Shown: positions 23,061-36,126, counted from the first letter of the stretch. The stretch: 64,000 nucleotides of DNA from Octopus vulgaris (GCA_951406725.2 OX597829.1:53940001-54004000); one strand, 5' to 3'. Numbers and translations are program-made. Notes: generated from the sequence alone by a model not told the origin.

Positions 23061-25699
23061 TTTTACATTAGAGAAAATGTGATGCAAATTCATGTTTAAG
23101 AGATAAATTTGGTACTTGGGTCCCTTAAGCACAGTATTAGATTAAACAGTGTTGCTTCAAAGAAAGTTAATAATTTTAACGTTATATAATTAAATGTAAT
23201 TAAAGAAAATAACATAACAATAGATAAATAACCTACACAAAATAAATAAAAAAATAAGCAAAACAAATAAAATATTGCAATTAACAAATTCATAATTTAT
23301 ATAACCTATATATTTGAAATAATACATTTCATAACACACAGGAATTAGTAATTCTTAACAACCCTCAATCAATAGCAATGTAAAGCTGATACACTTTAGC
23401 TGCCATAAGTTAAGTTGTGTAACTATTGTAATAAAACAACAATTTCTATATTTTTCTGTGTTTTTATTCTTAGCCTTCCAGTAAGGTTTCTAGAACTCAA
23501 TAGGCTTTCATTTTTTTTTCTTCATTTTCTTTTGTTTTTTTTTTCTTTTACATAACTTAAAAGTCACTGGGTACAGGGTTTACCAAAAAAAATTATAAAA
23601 GTTGATAATGATTATTTTTGTATATAACTGGAATGCCAAAAACCTGTAGATATCCTCAAGTGACTGTTACAGAAGATAAATTCTGTGGGTTAAGTGCTGT
23701 GCAAAAATCAAGAAAAAAAAATTCTTAAAAGACTCAATGTGAGTGTTGCAGATGAATTGATGGGTGTAATACAATGATTTAAGAGATGTTTAAAAGAAAG
23801 CAGACACAGTTACTGAAATTATTACATGGAAGGAGTAATAAAAGAGCTTTAAAAAATTGAGAGATTAGAAGAAAATTTTGCTAATAAAATAAATGACTAT
23901 TTTTCTTTTTTTTTTTAGAATACTATTGAGAATAATTATGAATGAAAAGGGGACATGTTTTTATTCTTGGAGAAGTTTGTGGTTAGTTTAGAGTTAGAAA
24001 CTATTCAGCTAGATTATTATTGTGAACAGCAAGCCACATTTGCTTGAGGTAGTTTTCAACATGTAGAAGATATGGTTTTAATTTATTTATGGTTTTTCAA
24101 GATAGGTTACTGAATTACTTACAGAAATGCATTCAATATGAAGAGTCTTCAAATTGATTATATAAATAGAGTTCATTCTCTCTCTCTCTTCCTCTCACTA
24201 AAGTGTATTAATTTTTTTTGGTTTGCTTGTTTTTGTATTTACTACTGCAAGTCAGAAAGATTTTTCACTCATGAAGGGCATAAATAAAAGATGTTTACAA
24301 GATTCCAAAACAAACTAAATAAACCGAAGACTGAAGATTGTATGATTAATGATTATCAAATGAATAACAGGATTCAAAGAGAAAGAAGATCATTAATAAA
24401 ATTAAAACAGTTTGGAGAGATACACAAATTCTGAAAGACATTTTATGTAATGTTCAACTTGAACAGAACACCACTAACATCTACAGATATAGAGCAATAA
24501 GCACAAATGGTGATTATCATGTAAATCATTATGATTATAACAATTACATTCCTCTGCCATGCTCTTTCAAAAATCTGTAATCATGTCAATGGCATCTTAA
24601 ATTTTTGTTTTGATTATGTAAAGTTTTAGAATAATTCCATTTTAATGAAAATGCACAGGAAATATTTTAATGAATTAAGTTTCAAACTGGAACAAAAAGT
24701 TTGTAATGGAATATAAATTATTAACAGTTAACTGCTGCTTTTCAAGTCACTGACTTATAATTCTGATACATTATAAGTTTCCACAGTATCAATTCACAGG
24801 TGTTTGCATTACACTACATCTAAAGTAAATAAAGTTCCTTGCTCAATGCTGCCCAGCAATGTTAGGAGCAAGGGTGTGCTCACAACCTTCAGGGTAGGAG
24901 TCTGCTACTTTAACAACAACAACAATACACACAGCATATCTGTTGTATTTTTTTTTAAATACTTCTTTGTATAAAAAAGTGATATTGCTCATTAATTGAT
25001 TACCAACATTAAAGAAAGATGATTAAGAGTTTTTTTTTTCAAAATGTCTACCTATTCTGTTATGGAAGTCTCCATGCTTTTCTTTTAATACTGGATAATG
25101 TTCTTAGTAGTATAACTTGTATGCTTTACACTGAACCCAAAAAATGGAAGCTTAGATATTACTACTTTACTACGGACGGTCTTGGAACTAAAATAAAAAG
25201 CACACGTCATTTGATATTGAAAGCCATTAGATAATAAGGAAATGAATTTGTATTTCTTGAATACTGAATTAATTTTTGAAAAATTTCTTCATAGAAGAAT
25301 TAGTTTGGACTCAAAATGCAACCAAAAAAATTAATTTTCTTTTCATTTCCACCCAAAATTCAAATGTTATCTGTAGCTGCCAATATAATAAGAGACATCC
25401 AAACCTATTTTAACAGATGGTGCTTATAAATTACTTCACTAACCCTTTTCAATTTCATGATTATTTTATATCTACTTTAAGAACTTTACTTATAAATATA
25501 TTTCACTAATGTAAGTCTATTATTAATTATATTATACCAAGTTACTGCTATAAATATCCAATATTATTGTACAGAAATGGATAGACATAAAATAAATATA
25601 TCCAGAGGCATCACCAAAGAAATGTAGTACAGCAGTATGAGAGTGTAACAATCTAAAAGTAAAAATTTCCAACAACTTGAAGGAAGAATTTTTTGACTC

Positions 25700-27345
25700 T
25701 CATATGTCATCTATATTATAAGATGGTAATTTTAAAGTACAGTACCCAACACCTGTTAGACTACGTGGTAAAGCACCAACTGTTTCCCAAATGCCGGTAT
25801 AAACATCAAACCTAGAAACTAACTTCTGTCCAGTCTTTGTTTGAACGTTATACCCTCCTAGAACATATATTTGATCGTTATAAACGACACAAGATGCTTC
25901 TTTATGTGAAATGGATAATGGAGCGATAATAGTCCACTGATCAACAGCAGGATCATAGCATTCAGATTGCATCACAGGCTGAGCTTGTTGATTTGCATTT
26001 AGGTTGCAACCTCCAAAAACAAACAATTTATCTTGCGCCACACACATCACATGCCATCCACGTGGAGTTAACATTGTTGCCATATCTTCCCACTGATTTG
26101 TCAAAGGGTCATACCTTTGCATATCAGGAGTGAAATGATTTCCACTGTAACCACCTGAAACATAAATATAATTACCAAATACAGCTCCTGCATGGGCGTG
26201 GTAGGACATGGGCATTGGGGCTATCAAATCCCATGTATTGTCAGAAGGATCATAACACTCTGCACTAGCAAGACTGCCATCTTTGTACTTTCCTCCAACT
26301 GCGTATATTTTATTATGTAGTGCACCAGAAAAAAAGTATGCCCTTTTATTCAACATAGGACAAATTTGATACCAGTTGTCAAATTTTGGATCATATCGTA
26401 ATACTAAATTCACAGCAGACTCTCCATGAGCACATTGGGTTGTACATCCACCAAGCACATACAAAAAGTTATTAAATACGACAACTTGCATGTGACTCAA
26501 AGCACTCGGGAGAGAAGCAATTTCTTGGCGATTTAATAAACTGTTTGCAGTAATTTTTGAGTCAAATATATATATTTCATCATGGACACATGGGTTGGGA
26601 TGGATTTCTCTTCCACCAACACTTACTAACCGCTCGACAAATGAACGGAGTTGAACATTAAGGGAAGCAATCAAAGGCTGTGAATGAGGAACAACATGGT
26701 AGTTGAGAGCTTGTAAAACCATCTGTCGCAATTCTGGAATAGACATCATCATATCAACACTTTGAACATGTTGAACTAAATCAGAAGGACTAATAAGCGG
26801 AAATCTTATCAGTTTCATTAAACTGACAGCATGACTCTCATGAGCACTGTCTTGACGAAGCCAATCCCATGTTATTGTAAAGATATCAATTTCTCGAAGA
26901 CTTAAATTCTCACTATTCAAGCAGTTGAGCATCTGTTCATAAGTCAATAGATGCAAGGTACCTTCACGGGCAATCTGCATCAAATTCTTTGCTATAAAAA
27001 CATCAATTTGCTTCAATGCATTATTCATGCTGTAAAGTTTGGCTGTGTTGATAAAATCATAAAAATTTGTTGTTGTCATGCCACTGAGGAAATTTCTCTC
27101 ACAAAATTCTATTACAGGAGTTACTTGGAGATGTGTTGCTGCAGCAATGACATCAAAAATGTCATCTCCTTCAAGACATGTAGTAGATGTATAAATTATC
27201 TCCAGAACTTTATCCAGTCCTTTGCTGGTGACACCTTTCAGTTCTATTTCTTTTTGATGACTCTCCCTCATCCCACCGGTAAACATAGAACGGAAGTAGT
27301 CCGAGCAGGAAACAAGAATAACTCTATGAACATGGAACTTATGAC
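25700..27345 (-). CDS. Kelch-like (BTB-BACK-6xKelch) protein, last coding exon
   Basis: Acceptor TTTCAG| at 27346; reads (G)HKFHVHRVILVSCSDYFRSMFTGGMRES (BTB), then BACK (IRFPLI) and six GG..Y..W kelch repeats to the stop at 25700. Resembles the KLHL9/13/26/36 group of Cul3 adaptors; orthologue not determined. Confidence 0.95.
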
Positions 27346-27467
27346 CTGAAACAATAAATAAACAGGTTTTAGGGAAAATAATAAATTATTGTTGAAATAA
27401 TGGTTATAATAAAGATTCAGTATCAAAATAACATTTTATTTCTCAAACAACAACAAATAAATTGTGG

Positions 27468-27736
27468 TTCTATATTTAAGAGATGAGGAATTATGTACAT
27501 TATTTACATTTGACGGATATTTGTCCTTATCTTGTTTGTTGTTAACACATTTTAGCTGATATACCCTCCAGCCTTCATAAGGTGTATTGGGGAAATTTCT
27601 AACCTGGGTTCTTATTCCTAAGGTATTTTTCAATGTTATTATTATTATTATTATTATTATTCAGGTTACTGCTTGGAATCGAACTCAGAATCTTGGGGTT
27701 AGTAGCCCGCGCTCTTAACCACTATGCCATATGCCC
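27468..27736 (-). mobile_element. Hammerhead-SINE family, full-length inverted arm (in KLHL intron)
   Basis: A box TGGCATAGTGG, B box GAGTTCGATTCC (27675-27686), (AAT)n, degraded hammerhead and extended tail CCTCATCTCTTAAATATAGAAC. Confidence 0.8.
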
Positions 27737-27738
27737 AC

Positions 27739-27943
27739 GGGCATGTGGCGTAGTGGTTGTTCAATTCCAGGTAGTGGCCTGAATAATAACAATATCGAAA
27801 AATACCTTAGGAATGTGAACCCAGGTTCAAAATTTACCAAAGACACCTGATGAAGGCTTGAGGGTATATCAGCCGAAATGTTGTGTTAACAACAATCAAG
27901 ATGAGGACAAATATCTGTCAATTGTAAAATAATGTAAATAATG
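27739..27943 (+). mobile_element. Hammerhead-SINE family, direct arm
   Basis: Head-to-head with the previous arm; deletion between the A and B boxes. Confidence 0.8.
27842..27887 (+). ncRNA. Minimal type-I hammerhead ribozyme motif
   Basis: GACAC-CTGATGA-aGGCT..AGCC-GAAA-TG-TT-GTGTT; the family consensus GAAACGTT is seen in the 20800 copy. Confidence 0.7.
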
Positions 27944-28689
27944 AACAATTTAATTATCTTTCATCTCTTGCTTGTTTTAACCATCATACTGTGGCCATGC
28001 TGGGGCACCACCTTGAAGGCTTTCAGTCAACAGAATCAATCCAGTACTATTTTTTTAAGAGATTTATTTATTCTGTCAGTTTCTTTAGCTGAACCATTAA
28101 GTTACAGGGATACAAACAAATCAATAACATATTACTTCTTATTATATCACAAGCAAGTCTTATCTTATAAACAGAATACTTATACTCAATGGTCAAATTT
28201 ACTCCGTCATTAAGTGGGTATCACAGGTGATATAATTTATAGGTGTAGACAGTAGCTCTCCAGAACTGAAAAGTATTTTGTTGGTTAGCATTACTTGGTT
28301 CAATTCTTTTAGCAGAGAAAGATATCTATTATAGTCCAGTGTCTTATCCACTGAATGCTACAGAAACCAGAAATGACCATCTGATGGGTATTTGGCAGTG
28401 GTTCTAAAAGAATTGGTTTAGCGAAATAATCCATAGCTTAGAAACTATATCATTTGTGGAACCCAGATAAGCTATTCAGAGTTGACAGTTGGTGTGATCC
28501 GTGATAGATATCTATTGATCTCTACATGATTTCCAGTGGAAAAGGCATGTCTTGTCTGAGCAGAGTGCCCATGCAGTATCCAGTTTGAAAAAAATATAAC
28601 TATAGTTGCAAAACGACTTTCAACAAATTATTAATCAATTTTCTACAATGGAATAGCACAAATTTTTTAGAAAACTGTCATTGTGTTAA

Positions 28690-28912
28690 CACTTTGGCAT
28701 TCAGATTACTCAAATGAAATGCTTATACATTTCCATTATTTTGAATTAACTATGCATTGTCTCATAGCTTATAGCTCTGAGATTTCAACAATCTGATTGT
28801 TTAATTTTAGAATGATAATGTAGGGAAGGTGTAAGAAGCCAGATCTGATCAGTTTAAACATAAAACAGGTAGAATATTTGGGCTGGAAATGGCGAGTTTA
28901 AATGTTAAGTGG
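28690..28912. mobile_element. piggyBac-like MITE (~225 bp, TTAA-flanked)
   Basis: TTAA|CACTTTGGCATT ... AATGTTAAGTGG|TTAA; homologous to 40601-40817. Confidence 0.7.
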
Positions 28913-29048
28913 TTAACAGTGAGATGGGTGATGGGCCCCAAATGTGGTTCTCTGTATCATCTACAGTAAACAGTTAATACAATTTCTGGCTTAATTGATT
29001 ATCCACATAATGTCCCAAATAGAATTTCTGTAGAACCTGAAATCTTAC

Positions 29049-29184
29049 CTTCAGCAATAAGAGTCACATCACACAAAATTTTGTCATGTTTCAGTTTATT
29101 AAGACCCTGTAGAATTTTCATGCCATGTTCTTTCTCCTCTGCCTTTAAGCTTTCATTTTGCTTTTTATCTGGACATTCAGCCAT
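29049..29184 (-). CDS. Kelch-like protein, first coding exon
   Basis: MAECPDK...ILQGLNKLKHDKILCDVTLIAE (BTB start). The phase-1 donor G|GTAAG at 29048 joins in frame to 27345. The exon acceptor is TTTCACAG| at 29261. Confidence 0.9.
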
Positions 29185-29494
29185 AGTACTAGATAACTTA
29201 AGTCAGCAAATTAGAATAGAGTCCATCATCATCATCATCATTCCAATATGCATATGTCATCTGTGAAAGAAAAGACAGATAAAGACATTCAAAATAAATT
29301 ATCAAACAATTAGAAAAATGCAGATTTGAATGAGGAATTAAAAATTTGTAGTAGAAATACAATTATGATCAGGGTTGCTAATGCTGGGTTTTTTTTTTTC
29401 AAACCTCAAAAACATTCATGAAAATAGTACACACATACACACACACACACACAAATACACATGATATGATAATACATAATGTGAATTTGTATCT

Positions 29495-29832
29495 GGCCTC
29501 TGCTCCGACTGGCCTCGTGCCGGTGGCATGTAAAAAGCACCATCCGTTCGTGGCCATTGCCAGCCTCGCCTGGCCCCCGTGCCAGTGACACGTAAAAAGC
29601 ACCATCTGATCGTGGCCGTTTGCCAGACTCGTCTGGCACCTGTGCGGGTGGCACGTAAAAAGCACCCACTACACTCACGGAGTGGTTGGCGTTAGGAAGG
29701 GCATCCAGCTGTAGAAACACTGCCAGATCAGACTGGGCCTGGTGCAGCCTCCTGACTTCTCAGACCCTGGTTGAACCATCCAACCCATGCTAGCATGGAA
29801 AGCGAACACTAAACGATGATGACGATGATGAT
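29495..29832 (+). mobile_element. RTE 3'-UTR-derived element
   Basis: Three tandem units plus (GAT)n tail. Confidence 0.85.
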
Positions 29833-30359
29833 GTAACTGTTTGAATATAATTATCACCTGATCAAATGATCTGTGAGACCAACAAATGATTTTGGTCTTT
29901 TACCAGCTGAAGTATTTCATTTATGCCACAACTGCAAAGGATATCAGTAGTTTTCTGATTGAACTGGTTGATCCTGGACATTGACAGTTTACCGTCTGTT
30001 CATCTGCTTGTTTTCAACATTGCCTGGCTCAGGTGGTTAAGTGCAATTTAACACACAGCTGGGGCCCTAAAAGGTGCTACTACTCCAAGGTCTACAGAGT
30101 AGACATGGGAACAACTGTGGCTAAGAAGTGGTTCCACAATCCTCAGAATCTCTGGAATTCCCAAACCATTCCTCTGTTACCGTTTGCCATTCAATGTCAC
30201 ACCCTTGAACATAAAACACCAGAATGAGAGTGAAAGGGAAACGAGTCAAGCGTGATGAGAGAGAGAATTTGGGGATATGATAGAAACAGTAAAGCAAAAA
30301 GCAAAAAAAAACTGGCCCATACAACTTCAGCCTATCTACTTAACAAAGAAAAGTTGTCA

Positions 30360-30760
30360 TAGGCGAAGGAGTGGCTGTGTGGTAAGTAGCTTGTTTACCA
30401 ACCACATGGTTCGGGTTCAGTCCCACTGCGTGGCACCTTGGGAAAGTGTCTTCTGCTATAGCCTCGGGCCGACCAAAGCCTGTGAGTGGATTTGGTAGAC
30501 GGAAACTGAATGATGCTCGTCGTATATATATGTGTGTGTGTGTGTGTGTGTATATGTTTGTGTGTCTGTGTTTGTCCTCACAACATTGCTTGACAACCGA
30601 TGCTGGTGTGTTTATGTCCCCGTAACTTAGCGGTTCGGCACAAGAGACCGATAGAATAAGTACTAGGCTTACAAAGAATAAGTCCTGGGGTCGATTTGCT
30701 TGACTAAAGGCGGTGCTCCAGCATGGCCACAGTCAAATGACTGAAACAAGTAAAAGAGTA
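30360..30760 (+). mobile_element. SINE family A
   Basis: Full length. Confidence 0.9.
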
Positions 30761-30789
30761 ATATCACAAGATAGGTGTCCTTTATCTTT

Positions 30790-31670
30790 CTCCTGGAAGC
30801 AAATAATCAGTACAAGGCTTTAGCAGAATTAGTAAGAAAGGAGACAGGGTACAATGTAGGTAAATGATGTATAGACAAATATTTTGGAGAACAGGACAAA
30901 CAGAAGAAAGCATGAAGAGCTTCAGATGGGAGGTGAGTCAGCAACAGCTCCTTAAAGAAGGTGCACTAACAAAAGATGGCTACATGTAAACTATGTGGTG
31001 AAAAAGAGGAGACAGTTGTACATGTAGCTTCTGAATGTAAAGTGTTTGCTCAGAATGTTTATAAAAGCTGGACACTTGGTAAAGTGCTATGATCATCATA
31101 TACGGGAAAATCTGCAGAAAATTTCAATTTGAACACAAGGAAAGATGACAACACCATAAAACAGAACATGTCCTGTTTGGGGTGGGGTGGGGGTGGGTTG
31201 CAGAAAGATCAATGAGCAGCTGAGGGGGGTGGGAGTGACAAGCATAGGTCTCTGGCTTGGAGCAATTAAGTATTTGCACACAATTATCATCAAAACGAGT
31301 GTGCTGCTTAACCGATGTTGCTTGCCTGTAGTAAAACAAAGAACGTAAGAAAATGGGAAAATACCAGGATCTAAGACACGAACTTCAGAGAATCTGCAAT
31401 TACCACAAAGCTTACTTATCCTAATTATAATAGAAAGCCTCAGAACAGTTCTACAGTTCTAAGAAGTTTGCAAAGTTGATGAAGGATATTGAAATGAATT
31501 TCCTGATACTATAGAAAGTTAATTTATTTGGTACGGCAAGAACCATAAGAAAGGTGCTAAATTCTTAAGATTACAGGAAGCAATTTAATATCTAGTAATT
31601 CAACACTCAAGTACTGAGTTAATAAAAGGAATAATAATAATAATAATAATAATAATCATAATAATAATAC
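30790..31670 (+). mobile_element. Degraded RLE-type (R4/Dong-like) non-LTR 3' end
   Basis: CKLCGEKEETVVHVASEC (CCHC knuckle), KERKKMGKYQDLRHELQRI and GTARTIRKVL, followed by a (TAA)n tail. Confidence 0.75.
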
Positions 31671-32749
31671 AAAAGTACAATAACAACAACAATACTAATT
31701 CGCACTGAACAGCTATAATTCAACTATTTTCTATCAATTTTAAATGTACTGAAAAGTAGTACAACGTGACCTATATATATATATATTTTTTCTTTTTTTG
31801 CAAACTTGCAGAATATTTTAGCTATTGGTTAGTATGCCATAAATTCTAGATATTTTAAAAATTCAAGTATAACTAGGCTTGGAAATATTTTCTCCTTATC
31901 TTGCTACAATATGGAATCCTACTATTTCATATAAGAATCCAGTTGTTTGGATGTTTGAAAAACAAAAGTCTAATTTTCTCCAAATGAGCCAACAATAAAA
32001 CCTCTACAAGGCATTTTAAATTGCTACAAATAGCAACCAAATCACCCTTAACCCATACTCTTATATCTTAAATAATGAAGAGGATACACATATAGTCCCA
32101 CATACTCTTAAAAAGACGAAGTGGTTAAAGTTAAAATATCTTTGATAATTTCTGCTTAAGCATGATCAGGCTGGGTTTAAAAAACATTTTCCTCAACAAC
32201 AATTTGGCTACAGTTTGGATGCTGAATGAAAAATAATGTTCCATTCAGACCCCTTAGTGCTCCCAATTGAAATAAGTATCATATGTTTATACCCAAATAA
32301 TCAATTAACTGTCACTGTGCAAAACTTTCACTTGAGAGGTGATGACTAGAGCTACTCAACAACAATGTCCAGTAAATAATAAGGCTTACATAATTTTATG
32401 GTCCATTTTCGCTATGCTGACATGGATTATAAAGGAGGAGGTTTACAGCACATATACCTTTGCATCTCTCATCAAACTTGTCTAACCTTGCCTGTAAGCT
32501 CCAACATCCAGAGGTTTATCTTTTCCCATAGCCACAAGTATTTCTAATTTCAACATGTAGCATTTCTTTATCCAGTTGTCCCACATGGATCATACCAGTG
32601 AAGCCAACCCTCTCTAGCTCAAACCAATCATGCTCAGTGATCGTTTGTTTGGTTTCCAGACAATCAGATATACCAGAAACAAGTTCTATTTTCTCATGCC
32701 ACATAGCAAGGGAATCTCCTTCCCTTCTGATGTGTTGTTAATATCTATT

Positions 32750-32982
32750 TCTTTACTACCCACAAGGGGCTAAACACAGAGGGGACAAACAAGGACAGAC
32801 AAAGCGATTAAGTTGATTTCATCGACCCCAGTGCGTAACTGGTACTTAATTTATCGACCCCGAAAGGATGAAAGGCAAAGTCGACCTCGGCGGAATTTGA
32901 ACTCAGAATGTAACGGCAGACGAAATACGGCTACACATTTCGCCCGGCGTGCTAACGTTTCCGCCGGCTCGCCGCCTTCAGC
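32750..32982 (-). mobile_element. Young Nin/Deu-domain tRNA SINE with 19-bp TSD
   Basis: TSD TGTGTTGTTAATATCTATT at 32731-32749 and 32983-33001; CpG-rich. Confidence 0.88.
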
Positions 32983-33699
32983 TGTGTTGTTAATATCTAT
33001 TAAGCTTTCAACGGTGTCTGGCATGAGGATTTTTTTAAAAATAAAGTTGCCTACTTCCATCTATAACTCATTTATTGGGGTCAGAAGTTTTAAGTCAGAT
33101 TGCTCAATAGAACTTAGTTTTGTCCCCTCCCTACATTATTACTTCTGAACAAACGGCATTGTTGTCGTTTTTTAATTACAAACACTTCTTATTACTACAC
33201 TTAACAGTAGAAGGAGCTCCTGAAACATTCCTCTCTCCCCCCAAATAGCATTAGATTATATAAATACAGTATATAAGTGTCATAACCCAATTAAATACCA
33301 CTTGTTTACCTGTCTATATGTTTATTCTATTATACATGTACCATCACAAATGAAACTGCCAATCCTTGTTTAGGCAGTTATAACACACCTGTATTTTAAG
33401 TTACACTTCAAGCTGGAGGAAGTCAATCAGAGCACTAATTGTATGTATCTGTTATCTTACATCATCAAATGTAATTCAATTTTCTACATGTAGGTATCAT
33501 CCACATACGAATTAGACACCCCAAATCATACTGTACTATGAATGAAGAATTTAAAAATATCCTACAGTGGTGATGGTAGTGGTGGTGCTATGACAACACA
33601 GATGCCATCAACAGATTCTTAGATGCAACCACTACACTACATATATTACATAACCATAACCCTGATAATAGCGAAATAATATTACACAACAGCCATACT

Positions 33700-34060
33700 G
33701 AGAATGAACGATATACTGCTGAAAAACCTTCAAGAAATACAAAAACTAGGCTTTACAATAGTTGATGATCTTTCACAGCAACAGCATATATATCAAATTG
33801 CCAAAACAGCATCCCAAAAACCAAGATTCTTGTTTAAGAGACACAAAATATTTCATAAACAAAAACTTGTCAATTCTCTAGTATGCTCAAATGAGACCCA
33901 AATCAGAATATTCCTCAATGTCTCCAATGGTACTGCAGCTACACACAAACATAGGCTGTATTTCAAGATAAGCGATCTAGCTATTGGTAAAGATTCACAC
34001 GCCAACACACAACAGCTAGAATCTAACATACACTCTTGCTTCTTTCTGATGGGAAAAGTT
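33700..34060 (+). mobile_element. Old CR1/L2/Jockey-type LINE C-terminal fossil
   Basis: LGFTIVDDLS..QHIYQIAKTASQK..FLF, then (frameshift) YAQMRPKSEYSS. Confidence 0.55.
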
Positions 34061-34145
34061 CAGAGAAATATTACTTCTGTTGGTAATGAAAGGCCTCTCC
34101 CTCAGAGTGAAAGACAAGATTGTATGATGCTTGTCTACAAACATC

Positions 34146-34505
34146 AATCATCATCATCATCATCATCATTTAGCATCCACTTTCCATGCTAGCATGGGTT
34201 GGACGGTTCAACTGGGGTCTGGGAAGCCAGGAGGCTGCACCAGGCCCAGTCTGATCTGGCAGTGTTTCTATGGCTGGATGCCCTTCCTAACGCCAACCAC
34301 TCCATGAGTGTAGTGGGTGCTTTTTACATGCTACTGGCACAGGTGCCAGATGGGGCTGGCAACGGCCACAATCGGATGGTGCTTTTTAGGGGTGGCGCTG
34401 GCAACGACCACATTCGGATGGTTCTCTTACGTGCCACCGGCACTGGTATCACAGCTACAATTTCCATTGATGTTGATCGATTTCGATTTTGATTCTGATT
34501 CTCAC
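34146..34505 (-). mobile_element. RTE 3'-UTR-derived element
   Basis: (CAT)n plus CCATGCTAGCATGG plus tandem units. Confidence 0.85.
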
Positions 34506-34519
34506 TTGCCAAAGGCTTG

Positions 34520-34850
34520 AAACAAATGAAACTAACATTGCTTCACTGGATGTGTAATGTCAGTGTTTTGAGAGAAAACCTGGCCATAAGAGGCATCAGA
34601 TGTAATGTGCAAGAGAGAAGACAGTGTTGGTAGGTCATGTGATGCATATGGATGAAGACAGCTGCATGAATAAGCGCCAGTTGCCAAAAGTGGAGGGAAC
34701 CTGTGAAAGAGGAAGACGCAGAAAGATGTGGGGCAAAGTGGTGAGAAATGGTCTTCAGATGTTGAAACTCACAGAAGAGATGACAAAGGGCCAAGATGAT
34801 TGGTGCTTTGCTGTGCGACCCTTCCATGTAAGTAAAATTGAGGCTATAAA
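34520..34850 (+). mobile_element. Old RTE ORF C-terminal fragment
   Basis: GHVMHMDEDSC..VEGTCERGRRRKMW. Confidence 0.75.
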
Positions 34851-35304
34851 GGCATGTCATCTATGTTTCTCTCCAACAACATATCTTCCTACCACCTCCC
34901 CTTCTTCCACCCATCACTGCCCTTTCTCGTGAAATTTGCCCCTGAGGAATTACTCTCTTACTCCACAACATATCTCTGTAATACCCACCTCCCTCTACCT
35001 GCATAAACTCACTGTATTTCCTTCCCATTCAGCACCTTTCACAATCCTGTGAACTTACCCACTCATCCATCCTATCCAACTCTCTGTACCACTTTACCTG
35101 TGAACACCTGATTGTAACTTGAGGGCACCCCTATCCATCACATCATCATCTTCTCTCTCTTTCTCTCTCTGTGTCTATCTATCTCTTTTCCTCTCTCCAA
35201 CAGGGGTAGCCATCTACTCTACTGCGAGACACCTATTCCTGTCCCTCTATTTATACACTCGCTTCTCATCCCCTGGCACAAAGCCACCTCCCTCAATACT
35301 TTAC

Positions 35305-35703
35305 TCTTTTACACTTTTACTTGTTTCAGTCATTTGACTGTGGCCATGCTGGAGCACTGCCTTTAATCGAGCAACATGACCCCGGGACTTATTCTTTTGT
35401 AAGCCCAGTACTTATTCTATCAGTCTCTTTTGCCGAACCGCTAAGTAACGGGGACATAAACACACCAGCATCGGTTGTCAAGCAATGCTAGGGGGACAAA
35501 CACAGACACACACATGCACATATATATATACATATATACGATGGGCTTCTTTCAGTTTCCGTCTACCAAATCCACTCACAAGGCTTTGGTCGGTCTGAGG
35601 CTATAGTAGAAGACACTTGCCCAAGGTGCCACACAGTGGGACTGAACCCGGAACCATGTGGTTGGTAAACAAGCTACTTACCACACAGCCACTCCTGCGC
35701 CTA
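35305..35703 (-). mobile_element. SINE family A
   Basis: Full length. Confidence 0.9.
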
Positions 35704-36126
35704 TATCAACTTTGTTGATGAGACTTGCCTTAAAAGTTACTCGGTTACCTTACAAGTGCCGGTATCTTATAAAAAGCACCCAGTCCACTTTGCAAAGTAG
35801 TAGGCATTAGGAAAGGTACCAGGCCACAGAAAACATGCCAAAGCCAATATGGAGCTTGATGCAGTCCTTTGGCTCACCAGCTCCTGTCAAACCGTCCAAC
35901 CCATGACAGCATGGAAAGAGAAATGTTAAATGATGACTGCTGCATAAACGGTTTCTTCACTTCTTGATCTATGCTGCATGTCATTTCTGAAAATGATACA
36001 AATGTGAGACAGTTTTTGCAAATTGTCGCAATACACCAGTGTATCACTGGTAAAACAGGTCTACACTTTTAATATATAAATATACGGGAATGTATAATCA
36101 TCAAGGTTTTATTTGATATTTCTTTT

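Noticed and set aside
26951-27349. 132-aa plus-strand ORF
   Set aside because: Antisense shadow of the kelch exon.
33704-34192. 162-aa ORF as a host gene
   Set aside because: It contains LINE C-terminal motifs with a frameshift and runs into an RTE-tail repeat.
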